A stretch of 64,000 nucleotides of DNA from Candidatus Micrarchaeia archaeon (GTDB lineage: Archaea; Micrarchaeota; Micrarchaeia; CABMEP01), in assembly GCA_038886535.1 (NCBI GenBank), contig JAVZXS010000002.1:154877-218876 (forward strand), written 5' to 3'. Positions 41,649 through 50,142 of the stretch are shown one piece after another. The notes under the pieces were generated by a model. It did no database searches and was not told the DNA's origin. It saw only the letters and a list, made by a program, of their open reading frames with translations. Every line of letters starts with the position of its first letter. The stretch's first letter is position 1. The translations under genes were made by a program, and so were the position numbers.

Positions 41649-42356
41649 ATGGAAAACGATGAAGAGATTATAGCTGTTCCTGGAGATATACTCGGAACGG
41701 AAGAGGAATTCTTTCCTGGAGAGGGAACGTATACAGATAAAGAAGGTAATATTCGTGCATTAAATGCAGGATTTGTTGAAATAAGCAAGGATAGAAAAAT
41801 ATCTGTTTTTTCAGATAGACAACCCGAAAAACTTAAACCAGGTGATGTAGTTTATGGAAGAGTAGAAGAAATGTTTGAATCCGTTGCATTCCTTACTATC
41901 GAACATCCAAATTCCGCAAGTATAGAACGAATTGATAGGATGTCAGCAGTTATTCCAATTTCAGAAATAAAGGAAGGATATGTTAAATCAATACGAGATG
42001 CAATTCATGTTGGTGATATTGTTATAGGTGCAGTCAAAGAAGTTACCCCGTTAAGAATAGTTGTTACTCTTAAGCCAAAGGGAATGGGCGTGGTGATGGC
42101 GTATTGTAGTTATGATCGAAAGCCTATGTTATTGAAAGGAAGGTATCTTATATGTAGTAAATGTGGACAAAAAGAGGAACGTCTTATTGCAGATAACTAC
42201 GGAAAATTTGAATATATAGAATCTGCCCAAATAGTTCCGGAAAGAAAAGATAGATTTCAGAAAGCAAGAATAGTAAAGGGAAGACTTTCTGTAAGAAGGA
42301 AATACAGACATTTTCAGGAAAAATTTCAATTTAAGCAAAGAAGATCAAGATTCTAA
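41649..42356 (+). CDS. csl4: Exosome RNA-binding subunit Csl4
   Basis: VPGD.LG.EEEF.PGEGTY, S1 domain, GVVMAYCS..CSKCG.KEER Zn ribbon; upstream of rpoL. Confidence 0.92.
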   Translation: MENDEEIIAVPGDILGTEEEFFPGEGTYTDKEGNIRALNAGFVEISKDRKISVFSDRQPEKLKPGDVVYGRVEEMFESVAFLTIEHPNSASIERIDRMSAVIPISEIKEGYVKSIRDAIHVGDIVIGAVKEVTPLRIVVTLKPKGMGVVMAYCSYDRKPMLLKGRYLICSKCGQKEERLIADNYGKFEYIESAQIVPERKDRFQKARIVKGRLSVRRKYRHFQEKFQFKQRRSRF

Positions 42357-42421
42357 TAGTCTTAGTATTTTAAAGCTTTGTCTACAATAGCTTTAATATT
42401 GTGTACTAATGAGGTGTTCAA

Positions 42422-42685
42422 ATGTCTGAATTAAAGGTTAATAAAATAGATAAAAATCATGTAGAGATTCATTTTTTTGGTGAGGATATTGCATTTGTTC
42501 ATGCGCTTAGAGAATTTGTTATCGAAAACGATGATGTTGAGTTTGCGGCAGTTAAGCAGGAGCACATAGAAGTTGGAGAACCTATTCTTGTTGTGAAAAC
42601 AAAGAAAGGAAATCCAATTCCTATAGTTGCAAAAGCTGCTGCAAAGCTTGCAAAGACAGCTGAAGATCTCTCAAAGTCAATCTAA
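42422..42685 (+). CDS. rpoL: RNA polymerase subunit L (Rpo11)
   Basis: GED..F..ALRE..DVEFAA.KQEH..P.LVVKT; csl4-rpoL synteny. Confidence 0.88.
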   Translation: MSELKVNKIDKNHVEIHFFGEDIAFVHALREFVIENDDVEFAAVKQEHIEVGEPILVVKTKKGNPIPIVAKAAAKLAKTAEDLSKSI

Positions 42686-42714
42686 TAAAATAATATATGG
42701 AATTCTCTGATTAG

Positions 42715-43305
42715 ATGTCACAACTAATCTGCAAAGAAAGTATAAAAATAGATAAAAATATCCGAATTCTTGCAGTGGATGATACCCCTAGGATTAATTC
42801 TTCTTCTTTTCTTATAGGGATAGTTTATAGGAATGGAATTGTAGAGGGAGCTGTCAGTACTAAAATAACATACGATGGGGAGGACAGTACTGAACAAATA
42901 ATAAAGATGATAAAGAGATCTCGTTTTTCAAATCAGATAAAATTAATTCTCCTAAATAGCATTACAATGGGAGGGCTGAACATAATAGATATTTCTAAAT
43001 TGTCTGCCTCTCTTTCAATACCTGTAATTGCAATCACTCGTCATCTGCCAAGAGTTTCTGAACTGGAAAAAGCAGTTAGTAAACTTGATATTTCTAAAGA
43101 GGAAAAAGAAAGAAAACTTAATGCAATTAAGAATGCTGGGGAACCGTTCAAAATCAAAACAAAGCCGATACTTTATGCTCAAGCAGCAGGCATAGACAGG
43201 TTTAAGGCAATAGAAGCAATCAAAAATATAGGCATAGAACCTTTGAGATTATCGCATATAATAGCTTCTGCACTTGTTTTAGGCGAATCAAAGGGAAGAT
43301 TCTAA
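42715..43305 (+). CDS. DUF99 family (endonuclease V-like) protein
   Basis: RILAVDD, DGEDST, ITMGGLNIID, EPLRLSHIIAS..GESKGR. Confidence 0.88.
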   Translation: MSQLICKESIKIDKNIRILAVDDTPRINSSSFLIGIVYRNGIVEGAVSTKITYDGEDSTEQIIKMIKRSRFSNQIKLILLNSITMGGLNIIDISKLSASLSIPVIAITRHLPRVSELEKAVSKLDISKEEKERKLNAIKNAGEPFKIKTKPILYAQAAGIDRFKAIEAIKNIGIEPLRLSHIIASALVLGESKGRF

Positions 43306-43554
43306 TTAATTTTAATTTTGCAATATTGTTTCTAAAGTAATGCTACCCCGATATAAGTAGAGCGAATAAATCTTATTTTTTGGTTTGGATCTAGATCTAA
43401 TATCTTTTTTATCTTATTTTCTGTCACATATTTTTATCTTCCTTTATATTGCATCTCTTTTATACTTCATACTTTATTGCATAATTTTTATTTTCAGTTA
43501 TATTTATCTATTTTTTTATCTATAATTATTTATCAGCAACTAATGGGTCATAAT

Positions 43555-43731
43555 GGGCCAGTAGCTCAGAGGTAGAGCGCTTCGTTCGCATAAACTTTCT
43601 TAGAAAGAAAGTTTAATCAAAGAAACTCTTTTAAGAAAAGAGTTTCATTAGAAAATTATGGATTAAGCTTTCATATTAAAAGAAAGTTTCGGAAAACGAA
43701 GAGGCCGCGAGTTCGAATCTCGCCTGGTCCA
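43555..43731 (+). tRNA. tRNA-Ala(CGC) with a 105-nt intron (43591-43695) at position 37/38
   Basis: Exon 1 GGGCCAGTAGCTCAGAGGTAGAGCGCTTCGTTCGCA; exon 2 ACGAAGAGGCCGCGAGTTCGAATCTCGCCTGGTCCA; G3:U70 Ala determinant; BHB with central helix UUCG/CGGA and 10-bp outer helix AAACTTTCTT/AAGAAAGTTT. Confidence 0.93.
43591..43689 (+). repeat. Three tandem palindromic hairpin units inside the tRNA-Ala intron
   Basis: TAAACTTTCTT-AGA-AAGAAAGTTTA (43591-43615), GAAACTCTTTT-AAG-AAAAGAGTTTC (43622-43646), AAGCTTTC-N9-GAAAGTTT (43665-43689). Confidence 0.85.
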
Positions 43732-43778
43732 TGATTAGTATGATCCATAATTAGTAAAAATCAATTAAAGAGGTTAAT

Positions 43779-45017
43779 ATGAAAAAAGCTGAAGGAAAAA
43801 AGAATATTAAAAGTAATGTCTTTTGGCTTGGGATTGTAAGCCTTCTTGCAGATGCTTCTTCAGAAATGATTGCTCCAGTTATGCCATTATTTCTTTCTAC
43901 TGTTCTTGGGGCAAGCGGATTTATGATAGGATTGATTGAAGGAATTGCAAAATCTGCTGAGAGGCTGCTCTCATTTGTTTTTGGATGGTATTCTGATAAG
44001 ATTGGAAAAAGAAAACCTGTGATTGCGTTTGGTTACTTTCTTTCATCAATTATGAAGGGAGCATTCGCATTTACAACTGTCTGGACTGAATTTTTGTTTG
44101 CAAGAGTTATTGAAAGAACAGGAAAGGCAATTAGAGATGCACCAAGAGATGCATTGCTTGCTTCTTCAACTGGAGATTCACTTGAGGAGAGAAGAAAGGG
44201 ATTTGCGCTGCATAGAATGTTAGATACGCTTGGTGCAATAATAGGTCCTCTAATAGCGCTTCTTTTTGTAGCCTCTCTAACGCTGGATTTCGAAAGCACT
44301 GTAAGGAATCTTTTCATTCTATCACTCATCCCAGGTCTTCTTGGGGTCTTAATAGTATTGATCTTTGTAAAGGATGTTGAGCTCAAAAAATCAGAAAGAA
44401 CAAAAAAACCAATCTCAAAATCATTTTCTATAGAATACGGAAATAGTTATAAGCAATTTCTGTTTTCCTTAGTTCCATTTTTCCTTTTTACTCCTCCACT
44501 TGCATTCATATATTTACAAGCTAGCGAATTCGGCCTTGTTCTATCTGGGGTTATAACACTTGGCTTTTTGTATTCCGTATTTTATATCTTAGGTGCGAAT
44601 CTAATTAATTTTATATCAGATAAATTCGAGATAAAAATAGGAAAGAAGCAGGGAATTGAAATTTCACTTTTGTTTGTAATGCTTTCATTCCTATCAGTTT
44701 TTCTTGTCCATTATTTGCAATTAGATCAGGGGAATGCTCTTACGTTTATTGTTTTGATCTTAGCATTGGTTCTTTATGGAATAGGAATGGGAATGTTTGA
44801 AGTGGAATCTAAGTCCTATATATCTCTTCTTGTAGATAAAAAAGATATGGGCGGAGCATTTGGAGCTTACCAAACAATAAGTGGAATTATGATAATCTTT
44901 TCAGGTTTGGTATTTGGATTCATTTGGGATTTTTCACCGGGATTTGCATTCTTAATAGCAAGCATCGCTTCGCTTCTTTCATTAATTATCTTCAGACATT
45001 TTATTAATTTCAGTTAA
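43779..45017 (+). CDS. MFS transporter
   Basis: About 12 TM; GWYSDKIGKRKP motif A; R.GKAIRDAPRDALL, FALHRMLDTLGA. Confidence 0.93.
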   Translation: MKKAEGKKNIKSNVFWLGIVSLLADASSEMIAPVMPLFLSTVLGASGFMIGLIEGIAKSAERLLSFVFGWYSDKIGKRKPVIAFGYFLSSIMKGAFAFTTVWTEFLFARVIERTGKAIRDAPRDALLASSTGDSLEERRKGFALHRMLDTLGAIIGPLIALLFVASLTLDFESTVRNLFILSLIPGLLGVLIVLIFVKDVELKKSERTKKPISKSFSIEYGNSYKQFLFSLVPFFLFTPPLAFIYLQASEFGLVLSGVITLGFLYSVFYILGANLINFISDKFEIKIGKKQGIEISLLFVMLSFLSVFLVHYLQLDQGNALTFIVLILALVLYGIGMGMFEVESKSYISLLVDKKDMGGAFGAYQTISGIMIIFSGLVFGFIWDFSPGFAFLIASIASLLSLIIFRHFINFS

Positions 45018-45043
45018 CTTATTTTTTATATCTTAATATAATC

Positions 45044-45946
45044 CTAATGTAATAAAATAGTGTCGCAGCCTTCTGGTTCTCCATAATATGCAGGACCGCT
45101 TATAACAAGTTTTACATATCCAAGTATGGGTATTCTGAAGATTACTTTTCCTTTTATGTCACTTTCTCTCACAATATCAAAATAGCTAATGTCCATATAG
45201 TTGTTATTGTCTCCCTTTGTTAGCAAATAGTAGCTTTCCCCCACTTTAAGCTTGAGAAATACTCTGTGAACTATATCCATATTTGTATATGTTCCGTTTA
45301 GATGGGATGCATAAACTATTACGTCATTAGTAAGATTTTCACTTATTTCCTTTTCATCAATATATATTGATCTAACACATTCAGGAGAATAACCTACCAA
45401 TTTCTTTGCTGAAGAAGAAATTCTTGGGCACATGCTCTGACATTTGTAAATGATGCTTCCATTCTTACTACTGCCGCATAAAACTTTAGAATTGTTTATG
45501 TCATTCAGTTCTTCTTCTGTTATTTCAATCGTAGGCGCATTAATGTCTTTTGCCTTAATTCCTTGCACTATTACAAAGTCTCCTCTCTCATAAGATGGCA
45601 GGAGAGAGCAGGAAACAACACTGCTAATTGGAACAGAGGTTCCAAGCAGGAAAGATATGGTTGCAAATATAATTATTGCAAGTGCCGCAGCCTTTAATAT
45701 CTCAATTATTTCTTGTTTCCAGCTTGTTTGTGATGCACTTACATAAATGTCAACAAAAAAATACGCAATAAGTGAAAAGCCTGAAAGAAATGCAAAGATT
45801 ATGGATTTTGTCAAAAGATATAGAATGAAAGATATTCCAAAAACAATCAATAGCAGATTGCTTTTATGTAGTTCTGTCAGTTTTTCTTTTCGTTTGTCTT
45901 CCTTTTCTATTTTTGTATTTTTTTCTAATTTATCTTCCATGATCAT
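45044..45946 (-). CDS. Signal peptidase I (S26, Sec11-like) with insertion
   Basis: VVSCSLLP..ERGD (Ser), DIVHRV (His), TKGDNN..D, RIPILGYVKL. Confidence 0.82.
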   Translation of the reverse strand: MIMEDKLEKNTKIEKEDKRKEKLTELHKSNLLLIVFGISFILYLLTKSIIFAFLSGFSLIAYFFVDIYVSASQTSWKQEIIEILKAAALAIIIFATISFLLGTSVPISSVVSCSLLPSYERGDFVIVQGIKAKDINAPTIEITEEELNDINNSKVLCGSSKNGSIIYKCQSMCPRISSSAKKLVGYSPECVRSIYIDEKEISENLTNDVIVYASHLNGTYTNMDIVHRVFLKLKVGESYYLLTKGDNNNYMDISYFDIVRESDIKGKVIFRIPILGYVKLVISGPAYYGEPEGCDTILLH

Positions 45947-46084
45947 ATTTGTTTGTAAAGTAATTAAAATATATCTTAAAATGTCGCAAAAATAGAATTA
46001 AGAAAAAATAAACGATTCAAATAATAAAAAATAGAAATATAAAAAAGAAAAAATAAGGCGATTGCAATGACAGACTAGTTATGT

Positions 46085-47161
46085 TTACCACATAACCTCT
46101 TCTATCATTTCATATGCCTTGTGTTCTTGTTTCTGCGGTTCAAGGTTTCCAAGCAATGATGTTGATGTTACACCAGTCATGATTGCAGTGACAACAACCT
46201 TGTCTCCGAGTTCTGGCATGAGTCTTGCTCCCCAGATTACATTTGCATTGTTGTCAAATGCTGCAGTTATTCCTTCACCAATCTTGGTTGCCTCACCCAA
46301 TGTAAGGTTTGGACCACCTGCTATGTGGATGAGGGCTCCCTTTGCACCCTCATAGCTGACATCAAGCAATGGGTGCTCTAGTGTGCTCTTTATTGCATCC
46401 TCAACTTTGTTTGTTCCCTTTCCTTCTCCAACAGAGAGCATTGCAACTCCACCGTTGCCCATGATTGCTCTTATATCTGCAAAGTCAATGTTGATGAGTG
46501 ATGGGGTCATTATAGTATCGGATATTCCTTTTATTGCTCTTGCAAGGATTTCATCTGCTACATTGAATGCCTCATTCATTGGTAAGTTTGGCACATATTG
46601 AACTAATCTGTTGTTGTCAATCACAACCACGGTGTCACATGTTTTTCTTAATTCTTCCAATCCCCATCTTGCCTTTTCTGTTCTCGCTCTCTCAAGAGAG
46701 AACGGGTATGTAACCATACCAACTACTATTGCACCCTCTTTCTTTGCAACCTCTGCAACTACTGGTGCAGCACCTGTACCTGTACCTCCTCCCATACCTG
46801 CTGTAATGAATACTAAATCTGCTCCGCTTAATGCCTCTGCAAGCTTGTCTTTTGATGCCTCAGCTGCCTTTCTTGCAACCTCCGGATATCCTCCAGCACC
46901 AAGACCTCTTGTTATTGACTGACCAATTAAGAGTCTCTTGTGAGCCTCTGTTATCTTTAGGTGGTTGACATCAGTGTTAATTGCTATTGTGTCTGCTGTT
47001 TTTATCCCAGATCTCATTATTCTGGTGATGCTGTTGCATCCACCTCCACCTACTCCTACAACAGTGATTCTGATCTTGTCAGATCCAAGGTAATCTTTCT
47101 CCGGTGCCTTGGTCGCCTTAACTGTGGTTCCAGATGTAAACGAACTTAGGAAGCTTTCCAT
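46085..47161 (-). CDS. ftsZ: Cell division protein FtsZ (FtsZ2-like)
   Basis: [32 protein letters not shown]; ATG 47161 preceded by GGGTG. Confidence 0.97.
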   Translation of the reverse strand: MESFLSSFTSGTTVKATKAPEKDYLGSDKIRITVVGVGGGGCNSITRIMRSGIKTADTIAINTDVNHLKITEAHKRLLIGQSITRGLGAGGYPEVARKAAEASKDKLAEALSGADLVFITAGMGGGTGTGAAPVVAEVAKKEGAIVVGMVTYPFSLERARTEKARWGLEELRKTCDTVVVIDNNRLVQYVPNLPMNEAFNVADEILARAIKGISDTIMTPSLINIDFADIRAIMGNGGVAMLSVGEGKGTNKVEDAIKSTLEHPLLDVSYEGAKGALIHIAGGPNLTLGEATKIGEGITAAFDNNANVIWGARLMPELGDKVVVTAIMTGVTSTSLLGNLEPQKQEHKAYEMIEEVMW

Positions 47162-47238
47162 TTTAACACCCTGCCTCAAATATTATTTTCCACTAAAAAA
47201 ATTAAGTGGACTGGCTGAAAATCAGCCAGCTAACAAAT

Positions 47239-48300
47239 TCAACCAATTATTTCAATGTCACCATAAACTGGTGATTCTACTTTTTGCTCTTCAAGTGGTA
47301 CTCCTACTACACTTGCGCCCTTTACTCCAGTTACGATCGCAACTATTTCTATCTTGCCATCGTATCCTGGAATAAGTCTTGCTCCCCACTTGACGCTTGC
47401 TGTTGAATCCATTCTTTCAGTTATTATTTCTCCTGCTTTGATTGCATCTCCCAGTGTTAGATCGTTTCCACCAGAGATGTGGATCAAAGCACCCTTTGCT
47501 CCTTCGAAGTCAACATCAAGCAATCTGTTCTTTAGAACTCCTTCTGCAGCTGCCTGAACCTTATTTGTTCCTCTTCCTTCACCAACTGCAATGAAACCAA
47601 CATCACCTTGAGACATGATTGCTCTTACATCTGCAAAGTCAATGTTGATTAATGAAGGCTGTGTGATTGTCCAGACAAGTCCACCAATTGCTCTTGCAAG
47701 TATCTCATCTGCAACTCCGAAAGCCTCGTTCATTGGGAGATTTGGAACTAATTGAACCAGTCTGTTGTTGTCAATTATAATAACACTGTCTGCGTGTTTT
47801 CTAAGCATCTGAATTCCTTCGTCTGCTTTGCTTCTTCTTGCCTTTTCAAGTGCGAATGGGTATGTAACCATAGCAACTACTATTGCACCTTGTTCTTTTG
47901 CAATTTCTGCAACAACAGGAGCACTTCCTGTACCTGTACCTCCTCCCATACCTGCACATATGAATACTAATTGTGCGTCCTTCAATGCTCTTTCAATTAA
48001 AGGCTTGTCAATTTCTGCAGCCTTTCTTCCTACATCAACATATCCTCCAGCACCAAGACCTCTTGTTATAGATTTACCTATAAGAATCTTTTGAATCCTT
48101 TCATCTAATGTCAATAAGTGCTGGTTATCTGTATTGATTGCAATCAAATCAGCACCCTTGACACCATATCTAAGAAGTCTCTGAAGGGTGTTGTTTCCTC
48201 CACCACCGCAGCCCACGACTGCGATCTTAATTCTTTCAACTGGACCAAGATTTGACTCAGCCTCAGTGTGTCCTGTAACAGATTTGATTAAGCTTTCCAT
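47239..48300 (-). CDS. ftsZ: Cell division protein FtsZ (FtsZ2-like), tandem paralogue
   Basis: [34 protein letters not shown]. Confidence 0.97.
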   Translation of the reverse strand: MESLIKSVTGHTEAESNLGPVERIKIAVVGCGGGGNNTLQRLLRYGVKGADLIAINTDNQHLLTLDERIQKILIGKSITRGLGAGGYVDVGRKAAEIDKPLIERALKDAQLVFICAGMGGGTGTGSAPVVAEIAKEQGAIVVAMVTYPFALEKARRSKADEGIQMLRKHADSVIIIDNNRLVQLVPNLPMNEAFGVADEILARAIGGLVWTITQPSLINIDFADVRAIMSQGDVGFIAVGEGRGTNKVQAAAEGVLKNRLLDVDFEGAKGALIHISGGNDLTLGDAIKAGEIITERMDSTASVKWGARLIPGYDGKIEIVAIVTGVKGASVVGVPLEEQKVESPVYGDIEIIG

Positions 48301-48465
48301 TACAATCGCCTCAATATTGCTATTAATATATAATATTTAAATATGTTTCTTTTTTTCTTTTTTCTTCGTCGTAAATTTTTTGAAAAATTTTCAATTTTGA
48401 AGAACGAAAATAACTATTTTGATACTTTTTCAATTTTTTGACGACTCAAAAATAAAAAAATAGTT

Positions 48466-48532
48466 TTAAAAATATTGAATTATAATTCTTATTTGTATAT
48501 ATAAAATTGTTAAAAATATTGAATTATAATTC
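48466..48532. promoter_or_regulatory. Perfect 23-bp direct repeat, each copy containing palindrome GAATTATAATTC; candidate operator
   Basis: TTAAAAATATTGAATTATAATTC at 48466-48488 and 48510-48532, upstream of the DUF134 gene. Confidence 0.6.
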
Positions 48533-48583
48533 ATGTACTTTAAACATTATGTGCTGTCAAAATATTGCTAATAATCAAGTGAT

Positions 48584-48868
48584 ATGATGCCAAAAAAGAG
48601 AAAATATAGGAAGATAGGTTCGGTTCCTAATGTAAGAATATTCAAGCCATTTGGAAATAAAGTAAATCATTTAGATGAGATCGTATTAACAATCGATGAA
48701 TTCGAGGCACTAAGACTTGCTGAATTAAACAATCTTAAACAGAAACAAGCAGCAAATAGAATGTGGATTTCTCAATCTACTTTCAATCGTCTTCTTAAAT
48801 CAGCTAGAAAAAAGATTGCTTTGGCAATTATAGCGGGAAAACAAATTAGAATCGAATCAAGCAAATAA
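48584..48868 (+). CDS. DUF134 family HTH protein
   Basis: FKP.G, LTIDEFEALRL, Q.QAA.RM.ISQSTF.RLL.SARKKIA. Confidence 0.93.
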   Translation: MMPKKRKYRKIGSVPNVRIFKPFGNKVNHLDEIVLTIDEFEALRLAELNNLKQKQAANRMWISQSTFNRLLKSARKKIALAIIAGKQIRIESSK

Positions 48869-48892
48869 ACAAAACGTAAATGAATTTAGTCA

Positions 48893-50038
48893 TCAGATTA
48901 TTTCTTCGATATTTCCGTCTGCAGCTTTTTCAATTCTTTCCATTATTGCTCTTCCTATTCCGAATTCATAAACTCCTTCAATTAAGATAACATCGAAATT
49001 ATTTTTATCGGCATTTCTCAACTCTTTAAATAGACAACGGGCCATTTGAATATGGTTTTCATACTCTGTGATGTTTCCTAATTTAGAAAATTCTTTCTTC
49101 ATTTTTTCAGGTATTGGTTCTGAGAATATTATCTTTACTTTTTTCTTTTTATTGGATAATTTTTCTGCAGCATATGCCATATTTATTATTGTTTTCATTC
49201 TGCCATCCTTTCTTCTTCCTATGAATACCTTTGCATCTGGAGAATAGTGTTTATATTTCATACCTGGAGAAAGAGGTTTTTCGCAGTTCTTTTTGCAGAT
49301 TTCAATATTCTTCTTTAGTTCTTCTTCTATTTGTTCTTTTGTTATGTAACCTTCTCTTAAAATAGTATATGGTTCAGACACCATATTAATTACAGTTGAT
49401 TCAATACCTATCTTACATTGGCCACCATCTATAATTAATGGGACCTTTCCTTGAAGATCAAAAAATGCATCTTTTGCATTAGTGGCACTCGGTTTTCCTG
49501 AAAGATTTGCAGAAGGAGCAGCGATAGGAAATCCCGATGCTTTGATTATGTCTAATGCAATAGAGTGGTTTGGCATTCTTATTGCAATAGTATCTAATCC
49601 TGCAGTTGTTATCTCTGGTACTAAAGTATTTTTCTTTAATATCAAAGTTAAAGGTCCAGGCCAAAATTTGTTCATTAGTCTCTTAGCATCTTCGCTTATC
49701 TCTTCAACTAAGAATTTTAACATTTCTAAAGATGATATATGAACAATTAATGGATTGTCTTTAGGTCTGTTTTTTATTTTAAATATCTTAGAAACAGCGC
49801 TAGAGTCAAATGCATTTGCACCTAAGCCATAAACTGTTTCGGTTGGAAATACTATAACCTCTCCAGAATTTAGTAATGATGAAACTTCTTCTATTATTCT
49901 TTTATATTCATGTACATGTAGTTTTCTTACATCGATTATTTTAGTGTTGATAATCCGTTCTTCTTTTGGGTTGAGGATTTGATGGTTTTTATTTTTTCCC
50001 CTTGCTTCTTTCTCTTTTTTATTTCTTTTCAAATCCAT
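48893..50038 (-). CDS. sua5: Threonylcarbamoyl-AMP synthase Sua5
   Basis: FPTETVYGLG, K.RP.DNPLIVH, FWPGPLT, APSANLSG, GIESTV, PGMKYKHYSP. Confidence 0.96.
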   Translation of the reverse strand: MDLKRNKKEKEARGKNKNHQILNPKEERIINTKIIDVRKLHVHEYKRIIEEVSSLLNSGEVIVFPTETVYGLGANAFDSSAVSKIFKIKNRPKDNPLIVHISSLEMLKFLVEEISEDAKRLMNKFWPGPLTLILKKNTLVPEITTAGLDTIAIRMPNHSIALDIIKASGFPIAAPSANLSGKPSATNAKDAFFDLQGKVPLIIDGGQCKIGIESTVINMVSEPYTILREGYITKEQIEEELKKNIEICKKNCEKPLSPGMKYKHYSPDAKVFIGRRKDGRMKTIINMAYAAEKLSNKKKKVKIIFSEPIPEKMKKEFSKLGNITEYENHIQMARCLFKELRNADKNNFDVILIEGVYEFGIGRAIMERIEKAADGNIEEII

Positions 50039-50142
50039 AATCTACACCATATAATAACCAACATAACTAATTTTGACTTAAAATTTAACGAAATTTTTCT
50101 TTATATATTTAACGATTTTTTAATGCAAATGTAAAATGAGAT

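Noticed and set aside
50083-50115. ATTTAACGA repeated twice upstream of sua5
   Set aside because: A short AT-rich match that could easily be chance.
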